Source of the DNA: an uncultured Gemmataceae bacterium
GTDB taxonomy: Bacteria > Planctomycetota > Planctomycetia > Gemmatales > Gemmataceae
Reading direction: 5' to 3'
Assembly (NCBI GenBank): GCA_963750165.1
Contig: CAVVPN010000003.1
Location: 2,048,001 to 2,112,000, forward strand
DNA: 64,000 bases
Every line of letters begins with the position of its first letter. Position 1 is the stretch's first letter. The notes under the pieces were generated by a model, which ran no database searches, was not told the DNA's origin, and saw only the letters and a list, made by a program, of their open reading frames with translations. This document shows positions 52,786-64,000 of this stretch, one piece after another. A program made the translations under genes and the position numbers.

Positions 52786-53548
52786 ATGTTGCAAGTCGCG
52801 CTCGCCCGCCTGAGGCAGGGCCACCGGACGATCGCTTACCCGGCCAGCGTTCCGGCCCTGCCGGATCGGTTCCGAGGTCTGCCGGTCGTCGATACGTCCA
52901 AATGTCCGGACGGTTGCCGCTCGTGTGCCGAGGCGTGCCCGACGGACGCCATCACCATCGACGGCACCGGGCTTCCGGCTGGACCTGGGGCGCTGCCTGT
53001 TCTGCACGGACTGCGTGCAAGCGTGCCCTGAAGGGGCCATCCAGCTACAGCCAGGACCACCGCCTGGCCACGCGGACGCGCGAGGATCTGATTTACGATG
53101 GGCGGGCGCTGAGAGCTGGCCGAGGCGCCTCGACGCGAAGCTCCGCCGGCTCTTCGGCCGGTCGTTCAAGCTCCGCCAGGTGAGCGCCGGGGGTTCGGGC
53201 GGCTGCGAGGCCGACCTGAACGTGCTGGGCACCGTCGTCTTCGACCTGGGCCGGTTCGGCATCCAGTTCGTCGCCTCGCCGCGGCACGCCGACGGCCTGG
53301 TGGTCACCGGCCCCGTTAGCGAGAACATGCGTTCGGCCCTGCTGGAGACCTATGCCGCGATCCCAGCCCCCAAGCTCGTGATCGCCGTCGGGGCCGAGGC
53401 CATCAGCGGCGGGGTGTTTCGTGGACACCGCGAAGTCCACGACGGTTGCAGCGCGCTGCTGCCGGTGGATCTGTTCATCCCAGGCTGGCCGCCCCACCCA
53501 CTGACGATCCTCGACGGGCTGCTACGCCTACTCGGGCGACTGGAATAA
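52786..53548 (+). CDS. Ferredoxin + NuoB-like small subunit (frameshifts)
   Basis: CPDGCRSCAEACP, CLFCTDCVQACP, ASPRHADGLVVTGPV. Confidence 0.85.
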
Positions 53549-53685
53549 CTCCACGAGCGCTGATGTCGTGATCAACGGCAGCCACCACATCTATCGCCAC
53601 GCCGCCACAGGTCTCCTCCGAACACTCCGACCCTCAAAGGATGGCCCCCACCGCGGTGTTAACGTCTCTGTCATTTTCACACCTC

Positions 53686-53958
53686 TTACGAAGGCGGCTT
53701 GCCCTTGCCCGCCGCGATGTACTCCGCCCGTCGCCGCTCGTACTCCTCCGGCGTCAGCCGCTCCAGTTCCGTCTCGCCGCCGAGGACCGCCTGCTCGAAA
53801 ATCTGCTTCAAAAAGGGAATACACCAGCCGCAACCGGTGCCGGCGCCGCCGCACTCCGACAGCTGGCTGGCCACCTTCGGCCGGTTCTGGCGCACAAAGT
53901 TCACCAACTTGCGCCGCGAGACGTGGAAACAGTAGCAGATCTTCTGATCCGGGTTCAT
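53686..53958 (-). CDS. BFD-like [2Fe-2S] protein
   Basis: ICYCFHV...GAGTGCGWC. Confidence 0.85.
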   Translation of the reverse strand: MNPDQKICYCFHVSRRKLVNFVRQNRPKVASQLSECGGAGTGCGWCIPFLKQIFEQAVLGGETELERLTPEEYERRRAEYIAAGKGKPPS

Positions 53959-54091
53959 TACAACACTCCTGGGCGGGCCCGCGTATATTGTACTCGATTG
54001 CCCGCCGCGTTGAACCGCCGAATGGCACGCCGATTTTAGCGAATAAGACTGGGAGAAGCAGCAATCGATCTCCCACGAAAGGTCCGCCCTC

Positions 54092-56043
54092 ATGGAACAG
54101 CATTTCATCCTGTGCGGCCTGGGTTACGTCGGCTGGCGCGTGCTGGACTACCTCCGCGCCGCGGGCGCCCCGGTCGTCTGCATCGATAACCGTTGCGCCC
54201 CCACCGATCCACGCCTGCAGGGCGTGCCGCTCATCCAGGGCGACTGCCGTCAGCAGGACGTGCTCCTCAAGGCGGGGCTCGACAGGGCGCGCGGCGTGCT
54301 CATCCTCATCAGCGACGACCTCATCAGTATCACCGCCACCCTCATGGTCCGCCGCCTGCGTCCGGACGTGCGCGTCGTTGTCCGCATGTTCAACCAGAAC
54401 CTGGTGCCGCGCCTCGGCGGCGCCGTGCAGAACGTCTTCGCCCAGAGCACGTCGGCGCTGACCGCGCCGCTGCTGGCCCTGATCGCGCGCACCGGCGAGG
54501 CGGTCGGCGCCTTCACGCTGGAGGACGGCCGCCGGCAACAGGTCGCCCAGCTGCAGGTGCGCGCCGGCATCCCCCCCTGCGGCCTGAAGATCATTGACCT
54601 GTGCGCCCGACACGAATTGCTCGCCGTGGCCCACGTACCGGCGGGCGAACCGGTGCGCTTTTTGCATGACGTGGAGCCGGAACAGCCGCTGGCGGCCGGC
54701 GACCAACTGGTGGTCTGTGGCGAACCGCGGCACCTGCAAGGGTTGATCGCCCAGGCCGAGGGCGAGTCACTGCCGGAACTGATCTGGGCGGGCCTGACGC
54801 GGCGGCTGTTCCGCGTCGGCTGGCGGACGTTGGCGGAGGTGGACCTGTCCGTCAAGCTCTGCACGACGGTGCTATTAGTGGTGATCGTGGCGAGCACACT
54901 GATCCTCACGTTCGGGATTGGCGAGTCGGCGGCGGACGCCTTTTACCGCACCGTCAGCCTGATGGCCACCGGCGCCGACATGGGCGGCGCCCGGCTGGAG
55001 GCGGGCGGCTGGCAGAAGGTGTTTGTCAGTGTGTTGCGCCTGGTCGGCACCGGCCTGGTCGCGGCCTTCACCGCCATCCTGACGAACTACCTGGTGCGCG
55101 CCCACCTGCGCGGCGCCCTGGAGGTGCGACGCATCCCCGACCGCGGTCACATCGTCGTCTGCGGCCTGGGCAACGTCGGCTACCGTGTCGTCGAGGAACT
55201 GCTGCGCCAGGGCGAGCGCGTGGTCGCGGTGGAGCACTCGCCGACCAACCCGTTCATCCCAACCGCACGGCGGCAGGGGGCGGCGGTCATCGTCGGCGAC
55301 GCCACGGTCGAGGAGGTGCTGCGGCAGGCGAACGCCGCCAGCGCCCGCGCCGTGGTCGCGGCCAGCAGCAACGAACTGGTCAACCTGGAGATCGTCCTGC
55401 TGGCGCGGCAGGTGAACCCGGGGCAGCGCGTGGTACTGCGGCTGCGCGACCCGGGGTTGGCGGAGACGATTCGCCAGGCGGCGAACATCCAGCTGGCGCT
55501 GTCGGTGCCGGAGCTGGCGGCGCCGGCGTTCGTGGCGGGGCTGTACGGCGACCGGGTGCGCAGCGTCTTTTTCGTCCACGGCCGGCTGCTGGCGGTGGTC
55601 GATCTGAAAACCCAGCCAGGCGACGGCCTGCTCGACGGCCGGCCGGTGCGGGCACTGGCAGTGGACTATCAGCTGCTGCCGGTCGGCCTGCGCGGCGCCG
55701 ACCAGGTCATGCGGGCGCAGCCGCTCAACGCCCGGCTGCGGCCGGGGGACTGCCTGACGGCCGTCATCGGTCTGCCGGACCTGCAGCGGCTGTTGCAGCG
55801 CGAGCCGGCGCCGCGCGCGTGGCAGGTGGAGGTAACCGCGGTGCCGCCGCCGGCGCGGCCGTTCCTGGCGCAACTGCTGCGCACCCGCGACGGCCTGGAC
55901 GCGACCTCCGCCGAGGCGCGGCGCAACAGCTGCCGTTGCTGCTCGCGGATCGGCTGACGCGCGGCGAGGCGGAGGACATGCTGTACCTGCTGACGCGCGA
56001 GCGCATCGGGGCGAAGGTGCATCGGCAGGCCCCGCAGGAATAG
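54092..56043 (+). CDS. TrkA/RCK NAD-binding potassium channel protein (frameshift near 55925)
   Basis: Two CGLGxVG Rossmann motifs flanking TM/pore segment (AFYRTVSLMATG). Confidence 0.88.
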
Positions 56044-56147
56044 GAACGCAACAAAATCATGAAGAACAAAATCATGAAAAATAAAATTATGAAGACAAAT
56101 AAAAATCTGTCTTTATGATTTTGTTCTCCATGATTTTGTTGCGTTCC
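56043..56147. repeat. AT-rich composite palindromic repeat
   Basis: AACAAAATCATGAAG-like 15-mers in tandem; ~36-bp imperfect inverted arms. Confidence 0.8.
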
Positions 56148-56163
56148 CCACAAGCGAGGCGCC

Positions 56164-57037
56164 ATGTATGCGACGCTGGAGAACTGGCCGTATCTGCTGC
56201 TAGCCGGGGCGGGCACCGGGCTGCTCGGGGCCATCCTCGGCACCGGCGGCGGCGTCTTTCTCATCCCCATCCTGGTCGTCCTCATCGGGTTGCCGATGCA
56301 CTACGCGGTGGCCACCAGCATTCTGTCGGTCATCGCCACGTCCAGCGCCGTGGCCAGCGGCAACGTCGAGCGTGGCACCGCCAACATGCGGCTGGGCATG
56401 GTACTGGAGATCGCCACCGCCGCCGGCGCGATCGCCGGTGGCCTTACCGCCGCGGTTCTGGCCCCGACAATCCTGGAGGGGCTGTTCGCCCTCGTGCTGG
56501 TGCCGACCGGCATCATCATGTGGCGGCACGGCGGTGAGCACGCCGCAGTCATGATCGGCCGGATACCCCGGGGCGACCAGGTCGCGGAGGAGTCGCCGCA
56601 CCTCGGAGGCGCTGGGCGCACGCTATGTCGATGCGGCGACCGGCCAGACGGTGGCATACCGGGTGCAGCGGTTGTGGGCGGGCCTGGGCGTGTCGTTCGT
56701 GGCGGGCAACCTGTCGGGACTGCTGGGCATCGGCGGCGGCGTCTTCAAGGTGCCGGCGCTGCACCTGCTGTGTGGTGTACCGATCAAGGCAGCAGCCGCG
56801 ACCTCCAACTTCATGATCGGCGTGACTGCGGCGGCCAGCGCGTTCTTGTACTTCGGCCGCGGCGAAGTACGGCCGGCGCTGACGGCGGCGGTGGTGCTCG
56901 GCGTGCTGGTGGGCTCGGTCGCGGGGTCGCTGCTCAACCGCCGTGTCGGTGGCACGTTTGTGCAGCGGCTGTTCGCGGTGCTGCTGCTGGCGGTGGCGGT
57001 GGAGTTTTTTCTGCGGGCCTTCGGGGCCAGGGGGTGA
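56164..57037 (+). CDS. TauE/SafE (TSUP) transporter (frameshift near 56600)
   Basis: GTGGGVFLIP; GLLGIGGGVFKVP, AAATSNFMIG. Confidence 0.88.
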
Positions 57038-57040
57038 GCA

Positions 57041-57391
57041 GTGGACGCCGAGGGGCGGTCGCGGATCTTGCGGCACTGGGTTCACTGGAGCCTGCTGGCG
57101 GGCGTCATCGTCAGCGGCGTGCTGCTGGCGCTGGGGCTGGTGACGGCCCTGGCGAGCGGGCAATCGCGGCCGAAGGGGGCGCCGAGCATCCCGGGGCTGC
57201 TACGGCAGGCGGTGCATGGCGAAGGGGTGGGCCTGCTGTACGTGGGCCTGCTGCTGCTGATCGCCACGCCGATCCTGCGCGTGGTGGTGCTGGCGGTGGG
57301 CTGGGCCGTGGAAAAGCAATGGCGGTTCGCGGCCGTGGCGGTCGTCGTGCTGACGCTGCTGGGCCTGGGCCTGCTGTTAGGGGTGGGTTGA
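57041..57391 (+). CDS. DUF1634 membrane protein
   Basis: GLLLLIATPILRV; follows TSUP gene. Confidence 0.85.
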   Translation: MDAEGRSRILRHWVHWSLLAGVIVSGVLLALGLVTALASGQSRPKGAPSIPGLLRQAVHGEGVGLLYVGLLLLIATPILRVVVLAVGWAVEKQWRFAAVAVVVLTLLGLGLLLGVG

Positions 57392-57584
57392 ACGGGCGTC
57401 TTCCCTGTCGGTCCTTTTCTCAAAGCCGCTTCAATCTGGACAATCTCGGAAGTTGTGATAGACTCTTTAATCATCATGTTTTGTTTTTGATTTACGTTCA
57501 CCTGCCCGGGTCGGCACAGGATCTGGCAAGCGCGTCCACCGCCTCTCCCGGGAGAACGCAGGCCCCACCTGCAGGAGCGACAAC

Positions 57585-58535
<951 letters not shown>

Positions 58536-58545
58536 GGAGGGATTC

Positions 58546-58986
58546 ATGACGCAGAAGACGGGCGCCGGCCTCCGCTGGGGGCTGGCGCTGTTGCTGGTCA
58601 GTCAGGTCTTCGGGTGCGGCGGCTCCGGGGCGGCCACGGCCCGGGTGTCCGGCACGGTGACGCGCAACGGCAAGCCGGTGCCCAACGTCCTGGTCCAGTT
58701 CCAGCCAGAGCAAGGCCGGGTCAGCACCGGCCTGACCGATGAACAGGGCCACTTCACGCTGAAGTACGACCGGAAGCAGGAGGGGGCGGTCGCCGGCACT
58801 CACCGCGTTTCCGTGACGTTCCGGCCGAAAACGCCGAAGGACGAACAGCTGCTGGGCGAGGGCAAGTGGAGCCCGCACCCCGACTACGCGGCCATCATGG
58901 AGAAGTACGGCAAGGCGGACAGTACGCCGCTGCGCATCGAGATCAAAGAAGGCGACAATTCGGACGTGCAGATCAAGCTGGATTAA
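58546..58986 (+). CDS. Carboxypeptidase-regulatory-like lipoprotein
   Basis: FGCGG lipobox, VSGTVT..GKP, TDEQGHF, GAVAG. Confidence 0.85.
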   Translation: MTQKTGAGLRWGLALLLVSQVFGCGGSGAATARVSGTVTRNGKPVPNVLVQFQPEQGRVSTGLTDEQGHFTLKYDRKQEGAVAGTHRVSVTFRPKTPKDEQLLGEGKWSPHPDYAAIMEKYGKADSTPLRIEIKEGDNSDVQIKLD

Positions 58987-58995
58987 TCTTGTTAC

Positions 58996-59049
58996 TGGTC
59001 GGAGCCCGAGCGCCAGCGCGGGGCCGCGCTGGCGCTCGGGCTCCGACCA
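58996..59049. repeat. REP-like palindrome
   Basis: TGGTCGGAGCCCGAGCGCCAGCGCGG and its reverse complement, between convergent genes. Confidence 0.85.
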
Positions 59050-59103
59050 ATAACGAACATTCATGGCGCTCCCGTATCAGCGGCAAGCCGCAGAACGATG
59101 GCG

Positions 59104-60357
59104 TTATTTCTTGCCGCCGACGTTGCTGTAGTCGAACATGGGCGTGCGGTCGAACAGGTCGCGCGGCCGCAGTTCAAAGCCGGCCCAGCCGACGTGGGTC
59201 GTGCCCAGGAACTGGCCCTTGATGAACTGGCCGTCCTCGGAGCGCGGCTCGTGGTGCATTGGCGTGCTGAGCCAGAGTACCACGTCAGACTTGAGGACCG
59301 GCTCGCCGTCCGCGACGTACTTCGGCAGCTGGGTGTAGTTCAGTTCCGTGTTCTTGGCTTTCGTCACCCAGAAGTCGTGCCGGGTACACATTTCCTTGCT
59401 GAACCCGTTCTCCTTCTCGCTCTTTTCGCCGCCGAAGTGGCGGGCGTTGCCCGAGCGGAACGTCATCAGGTCGTAGGCCAGCGGCTGCTTGCGGGCGTTG
59501 ACGCGCTTGTCGTTGATTACGCGCAACATGGTGAACTTCTCCGGCTTGAAGTCGGCGAAGCCCTCCTTGCCGTTGTTGAACGGCGTCACGTCGCTGCGGG
59601 CCTGGGTCTTTTCCTTGTGATTGATGTCTGGTTCGATGTGCTCGACCAGGTAGACCGAGTTGTTCTCGGGGCCGTCCAGGTTCACGTCGATACGCCACAG
59701 GCCGTTGTGCATGTGGCCGGTGAACTCGCGGCCGCCGTAGTTGCGACCGCAGGAGCCGACGCGGAACGTGATGACGCCGTTGTCCTGGAAGCCGTACTCG
59801 ATGATGTAGCGGTAGTTCGCCGCCAGCAGCGTGCCGAACAGTACCAGCGTCTGGCCGCGGCGGACGGTGTTCTCGCTCATGAACATGATGCCGCGGTCGC
59901 GCACCTCCTGGACGACGTTCGGGCGCTTGCCTTCGCCGCCGCCCAGTAGCTTGCCGAACGGGCCGGCATCGTCGCGTGTCACCGTCGTCATCTCGAAGTT
60001 GTACGACACGTCCCAGAAGCGTGGGGAACCCACGTGGTAGGGCACGAACATCTCCGACAGCCGGGCGTCACCCAGGACCTGCATCCACGGCTCGCCGGGG
60101 CCCTTCTTGTAGAAGGCGTCCTGGATGTACAGGCCGTGGCCCCTCGTGGTCGCCCAGTGAACCTTCCAGGCGGTCTCCATCGAGCCGTTGCTCGGGAATT
60201 CCTGGATAACCTCGTTGCCCGAAGAACTCTTGAACTCGGGCCGTTTCTTGCCCTTACCCTTGCCGCCGCCCGGTTGCTGGGCGGCGACGCCCGCCAGGAT
60301 CGCCAGGATCGCCGTCAGCGTGAGCACGGCCAGGGTCGGTTTTCGCAAACGCAACAT
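59104..60357 (-). CDS. Secreted copper amine oxidase-like catalytic domain
   Basis: Signal peptide; SEMFVPY, ANYRYIIEYGF, HMH..WRID, DVVLW..HHEPRSED, GFELRP. Confidence 0.8.
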   Translation of the reverse strand: MLRLRKPTLAVLTLTAILAILAGVAAQQPGGGKGKGKKRPEFKSSSGNEVIQEFPSNGSMETAWKVHWATTRGHGLYIQDAFYKKGPGEPWMQVLGDARLSEMFVPYHVGSPRFWDVSYNFEMTTVTRDDAGPFGKLLGGGEGKRPNVVQEVRDRGIMFMSENTVRRGQTLVLFGTLLAANYRYIIEYGFQDNGVITFRVGSCGRNYGGREFTGHMHNGLWRIDVNLDGPENNSVYLVEHIEPDINHKEKTQARSDVTPFNNGKEGFADFKPEKFTMLRVINDKRVNARKQPLAYDLMTFRSGNARHFGGEKSEKENGFSKEMCTRHDFWVTKAKNTELNYTQLPKYVADGEPVLKSDVVLWLSTPMHHEPRSEDGQFIKGQFLGTTHVGWAGFELRPRDLFDRTPMFDYSNVGGKK

Positions 60358-60398
60358 GAAGGATGTCTCCGCGAATGTTTTGGGATGAAGGGGTCCGG

Positions 60399-61016
60399 TC
60401 ACGGCTGGGTCGAAAGAGGCGTGCGGCCGAAATGGACCTGACCGGTGGTCAAATCCACGACGACGGTGCGCGGGCCGACGTAGGCGTCGCCCTGGACGAA
60501 GTCCACCAGCGCCAGGCGGTGGCCGAACAGGGCGTCCTGTGCCTCGGCGTGGTGCGGCCGCAACTCGATGCGCAGTTGCGACTGTGCCGCGAACAGTCCA
60601 GTCAGGCGGGCGTCACCGCGGACCAGCTGCTCGACCTGCGCCTGCTCCTCGGCCGCCAGCGCCGTCGGGGCGTGCGCCAGTTTCTCGACCTGCATCACCG
60701 TGCCGTTCTTCAGATCGACGCAGGTGTAGACGGTCTCGTCGCCCTCGTAGCAGTAGTGGGTGACGCGCACCTGCCGCTGTGGGGCGTCGGCGGTGGGGCC
60801 GGGCAGCAATTCGACCTTGATGAACACGGTCTTGCCCGGGGCGCCGGCCAGCAGCGTCTCGGCCAGTTCGCGGGCCTGGCGGACCTCGGCGGCGCTGAGT
60901 TCAAAAGACACGGCCCGTTCCTGGTCTTCGCGGTCACTGGGTTGCGCCTGACCGCAGCCCAGCGGCGCCAGGGCACAGCCGAGCAGCAACAGCCAGGACG
61001 ATCTCCGTCGTAGCAT
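60399..61016 (-). CDS. Lipoprotein, possibly amine-oxidase N-domain-like
   Basis: LGC lipobox; LSAAEVRQA, VDLKNGTV, VVDLTTGQV; GGAGG RBS. Confidence 0.6.
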   Translation of the reverse strand: MLRRRSSWLLLLGCALAPLGCGQAQPSDREDQERAVSFELSAAEVRQARELAETLLAGAPGKTVFIKVELLPGPTADAPQRQVRVTHYCYEGDETVYTCVDLKNGTVMQVEKLAHAPTALAAEEQAQVEQLVRGDARLTGLFAAQSQLRIELRPHHAEAQDALFGHRLALVDFVQGDAYVGPRTVVVDLTTGQVHFGRTPLSTQP

Positions 61017-61214
61017 TACAAACCTCCCGTGGTGGAAATGAAGCCTTCTTCGGGCGTCCGAAGCGAGGCGCGAGTGTATCTGGAGAGGAACTCGTCTGTT
61101 CTGCCGCTTGCGGCCTGGCACGCTGCGACCCTTCTCACGTTAGATGGGTATCAGCGCTAAGCCGCTTGCGGCAGAAGGAAATATCACACCGCCCATTGTA
61201 ACCGCGAAGCGGCG

Positions 61215-64000
61215 TCACGCCAGAATATTCACGGTGCCGCGGCCACCGTCGATACGGACGCGCTGGCCGGAGCGCAAACGGCGGTGGATTTCGGGCAGCC
61301 CGGCGACCGCGGGCAGGCCGAACTCGCGGGCCACGATGGCGCCGTGCGACAATACACCGCCCGTCTCCATGACGAGGCCGCGGGCGTGGACAAACAGCGG
61401 CACCCACGCCGGGTCGGTGGTCGGGCAGACGAGGATGTACGGCTCCGACGGCGGGCTCACCACGGCGGGCTCGTGCAGCACCAGCGCCGGCCCCTCCGCG
61501 ACGCCCGCCGACAGACCGACGCCCTGCAGCGTAGCGGCGCCGGCCGCGGCCGCCGGCTCACGGCCGATGGCCTCCAGGTCATCGCTGAACAGCACCTGCG
61601 GCACGAATAGCTTGAGCGCCTGCGCCCGCCGCCGCCGCCGCTGGGCGATGCGCCCGGTCAGCGTCCCGGGCGCGGACTCGGCCTTGATGAGCGTGGGCAG
61701 TTCGTCTGGCGTCAGGAAAAAGATGCCGCCGGCCAGACCGTAACGCCGGTCCAGCTCGACCAGGTAGCGGCGCACCAGTGCGTAGCCGTGCATCAGGTAG
61801 TGCTTGGCCGCTTCGCGCAGACCCATGTAGGTCTGGAGCGATTGCAGCTCCTGCGCAAACGCCTGCCGCTGGCCTGCGGTCAGCTTGCACGCCGCGGCGA
61901 TGCGTTCCAGCAGCGCCGCTTCTGAGCCCGAAGCGCCAGCGAGGAGTGCAGGTTCCCGCGCTGGCGCTTCGGGCTCAGAAGTCAGACGGTCCAGCGTCGC
62001 ATGGTCCTCGGCCCAGCGCGGCTGCGACAACTCCATTTCCTGGCTGCCGCGGTGGCCGAAACGCTGCAGGAACTCGTCGCGGCTGAGCCGGCCCGCGGTC
62101 AGCGCGCGCACGGCGCGCGGCAGGTCAGCGTCCTCGTCGGGATGAACGCCCATGACCAGCTCGCGCAGCAGTTCGCCGGCGCGGGCGGCGGCGGCGGTCG
62201 CGGTCACGCCCGGCTGCTGTTGCAGGCCGCGTGCCAGCGCCCGCTCCAGGTTGCCCAGCGCCAGCGCCGTGAACACCGTCGGTTTCAGGCTGTCGCGCGC
62301 GAAGTCGAACAGCGTCCGCCCCACCCAGTAGTGGAAGCGCTCCAGCAGCGTGGCGTTCGTCAGCTGGGTCACGTCATCGGCAACGGCACGGGTTGCCTCG
62401 TTGAGGAACGGCGGCACCAGATCGCGGCGGAAGCGGTCGGCGAAGGTGGCGGACGCGCGGCGCAGTCGGGCCGCCGAGCGCATCAATTTGAGGAACACGA
62501 ACGGTAGCAGCAGGTAGAAGCGCCAGCCGGCGCGGGCGGGGTTGAAGACCGCCTGGGGGTTGAGGGCGCGGACGGGGTTCTGCTTCAGCGCGGCGAAGGA
62601 GTGCTCGAACGGCAGCGACCGGTACTGCATGCGCGGCTCGCGGCTGAGGTTGCAGTACGGGCGGCCGCAGATCAGGTCGAAGGTGCCGAGCGTGTCCAGG
62701 GCGGGGTCGGGGTCGAAGCCGAGGTCGCGATACATCTGGCCGAAGCCGCCGCGGCCGGACATGAACTGCCGCACCACCGCCCAGGTCATCGGCGTCGGCT
62801 CCGGCAGCACCTCCGCGAGGTTGTAGCGGCTCCAGACGGTGCCGCCCGGCTCCGCCAGCGCCCGCGCCGCCTCGGTCTCCTCGCGGCGCAGCTGCTCCAG
62901 CTCGGCGCTGTCGTCCACGACCGCGGCGGTCTTGATCGGCCGCGCTTGCAGCAGGTAAAACTGGCCGCCCGCCAGCGCCCATTCGATGTCGCACGGCGTC
63001 CGAAAATACTCCGCGACGCGCAGCCCCAGCCGGCCCAGGTCCGCCAGCTGCCCGGGGCTCAGCGATGCCGCACTGCGATCCGCCGGCTGGCCCTGACCGC
63101 CCGCGGTCAGCGTCACCGTCACCCGGCGTTTGCTGCCGATGACCTGGTTCACCACCGCGAGCGTCTTGCGGTCGAGAAAGAAACGGTCGGGATCGACCTT
63201 GCCAAGCACGATGGCCTCACCGAGGCCGAACGAGGACTCAACGATCATCTGGCCGGAAGCGGGGTTCACCGGGTCGGTGGTGAACAGCACGCCGGCGACC
63301 TCCGCGGGGCACATCAGCTGCACGGTGACCGCCGTACCGATCAGCCCCTCAATGCGGTGGTGGCGGCGGTAGGTAACGGCGCGGTCGTTGTTCCACGAGC
63401 GGAAGACAGCGTTGATCGCGGCCACGAGCATGGCCCACGGGTCCGTCGGCACCGGCTTGCCCTGCCGCGCACACAGGCCGCACAGTTCGTCGCACAGCCG
63501 CTCCAACTCCGCGGCGTCGAGGTCCTCGTCGGTGGTCTTGCCTGCCTCGGTCAGGACGTCGGTGACGCGCGCGGTCAGCTCGGCCTCATCCACGCCCAGG
63601 GCGGTCGGGGCGAACATCAGCAGGAAGTGCAGGTACGCCCGCCAGGCGCCGCGCGGGTTGCCGGTGCGTTCCGCCTGCTGCCGCACGCAATCCGGGTGCA
63701 GGCCGACGTTGAGGATGGTGTCCATCATGCCCGGCATCGACTGGGCGGCACCGGAGCGCACCGCCACCAGCAACGGCTCGGGACCGCGGCCGAAGACGCG
63801 GCCGGACAGGTCTTCGAGCCGCTGCAGACCGGCGCGCACCTGGTCTTCGAGGCCGGCGGGCCAGGTACGCTGGTGGCGGTGATACAGGTCGCAGCACGCT
63901 GCCGAGAGCGTGAAGCCGGGCGGTACCTGCAGGCCGCCGCGCGTCATCTCGGCGAGGCTGGCACCCTTGCCGCCGACGAGGTGCTTGACGGCGTCGCCAC
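61215..64000 (-). CDS. PEP/pyruvate-binding phosphotransferase with C-terminal His swivel domain (starts beyond window)
   Basis: VGGKGASLAEM, VAVRSGA..SMPGMMDT, DIEWA, LLQARPI, TDPAW, GGVLSHGAIVAREFGLPAV. Confidence 0.9.
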   Translation of the reverse strand, partial: GDAVKHLVGGKGASLAEMTRGGLQVPPGFTLSAACCDLYHRHQRTWPAGLEDQVRAGLQRLEDLSGRVFGRGPEPLLVAVRSGAAQSMPGMMDTILNVGLHPDCVRQQAERTGNPRGAWRAYLHFLLMFAPTALGVDEAELTARVTDVLTEAGKTTDEDLDAAELERLCDELCGLCARQGKPVPTDPWAMLVAAINAVFRSWNNDRAVTYRRHHRIEGLIGTAVTVQLMCPAEVAGVLFTTDPVNPASGQMIVESSFGLGEAIVLGKVDPDRFFLDRKTLAVVNQVIGSKRRVTVTLTAGGQGQPADRSAASLSPGQLADLGRLGLRVAEYFRTPCDIEWALAGGQFYLLQARPIKTAAVVDDSAELEQLRREETEAARALAEPGGTVWSRYNLAEVLPEPTPMTWAVVRQFMSGRGGFGQMYRDLGFDPDPALDTLGTFDLICGRPYCNLSREPRMQYRSLPFEHSFAALKQNPVRALNPQAVFNPARAGWRFYLLLPFVFLKLMRSAARLRRASATFADRFRRDLVPPFLNEATRAVADDVTQLTNATLLERFHYWVGRTLFDFARDSLKPTVFTALALGNLERALARGLQQQPGVTATAAAARAGELLRELVMGVHPDEDADLPRAVRALTAGRLSRDEFLQRFGHRGSQEMELSQPRWAEDHATLDRLTSEPEAPAREPALLAGASGSEAALLERIAAACKLTAGQRQAFAQELQSLQTYMGLREAAKHYLMHGYALVRRYLVELDRRYGLAGGIFFLTPDELPTLIKAESAPGTLTGRIAQRRRRRAQALKLFVPQVLFSDDLEAIGREPAAAAGAATLQGVGLSAGVAEGPALVLHEPAVVSPPSEPYILVCPTTDPAWVPLFVHARGLVMETGGVLSHGAIVAREFGLPAVAGLPEIHRRLRSGQRVRIDGGRGTVNILA
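61919..61981. repeat. REP-like palindrome inside the coding sequence
   Basis: CTTCTGAGCCCGAAGCGCCAGCG...CGCTGGCGCTTCGGGCTCAGAAG, 63 bp. Confidence 0.85.

Noticed and set aside
53560..53680. HicA-like remnant (INGSHHIYRH)
   Set aside because: Only a short motif, no intact ORF or hicB
61215..64000. Canonical ppdK or proven rifampicin phosphotransferase
   Set aside because: Lacks the C-terminal pyruvate-binding barrel; substrate cannot be inferred from motifs

Overview
High-GC window, most likely from a planctomycete (DUF1559 pilin-like gene, planctomycete-type palindromic repeats). Positions 1 to ~45.1 kb form a mosaic mobile region. The left part is plasmid-like: iteron array, RepA, ParA and partner, a Cre-like recombinase with a lox-like palindrome, and a DarB-like methylase-helicase. 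It contains a defence/stress island at ~10.1-18.3 kb. The right part (28.4-45.1 kb) is an integrative mobilisable module with a MobF relaxase, coupling protein, excisionase, integrase and an att-like oxidoreductase 5' fragment. The best novel-system candidate is a ubiquitin-like conjugation operon (Ubl-E2-JAB-E1, then DUF1883). It lies divergent from an ECF sigma / acidic protein / ImmA-IrrE protease / Abi-NTD / TIR operon, and a shared GGTTAAGG-N6-YGTAWTC motif precedes each transcription unit. Beyond 45.4 kb are an Ehr-type (Ni-less, hydrogenase-4-like) cluster with many frameshifts and lost Fe-S cysteines, TrkA, TSUP, DUF1634, DUF1559, a split copper amine oxidase-like pair, and a PEP-utilising enzyme carrying an in-frame palindromic repeat. 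All family calls come from motif recognition by eye; no searches were run.
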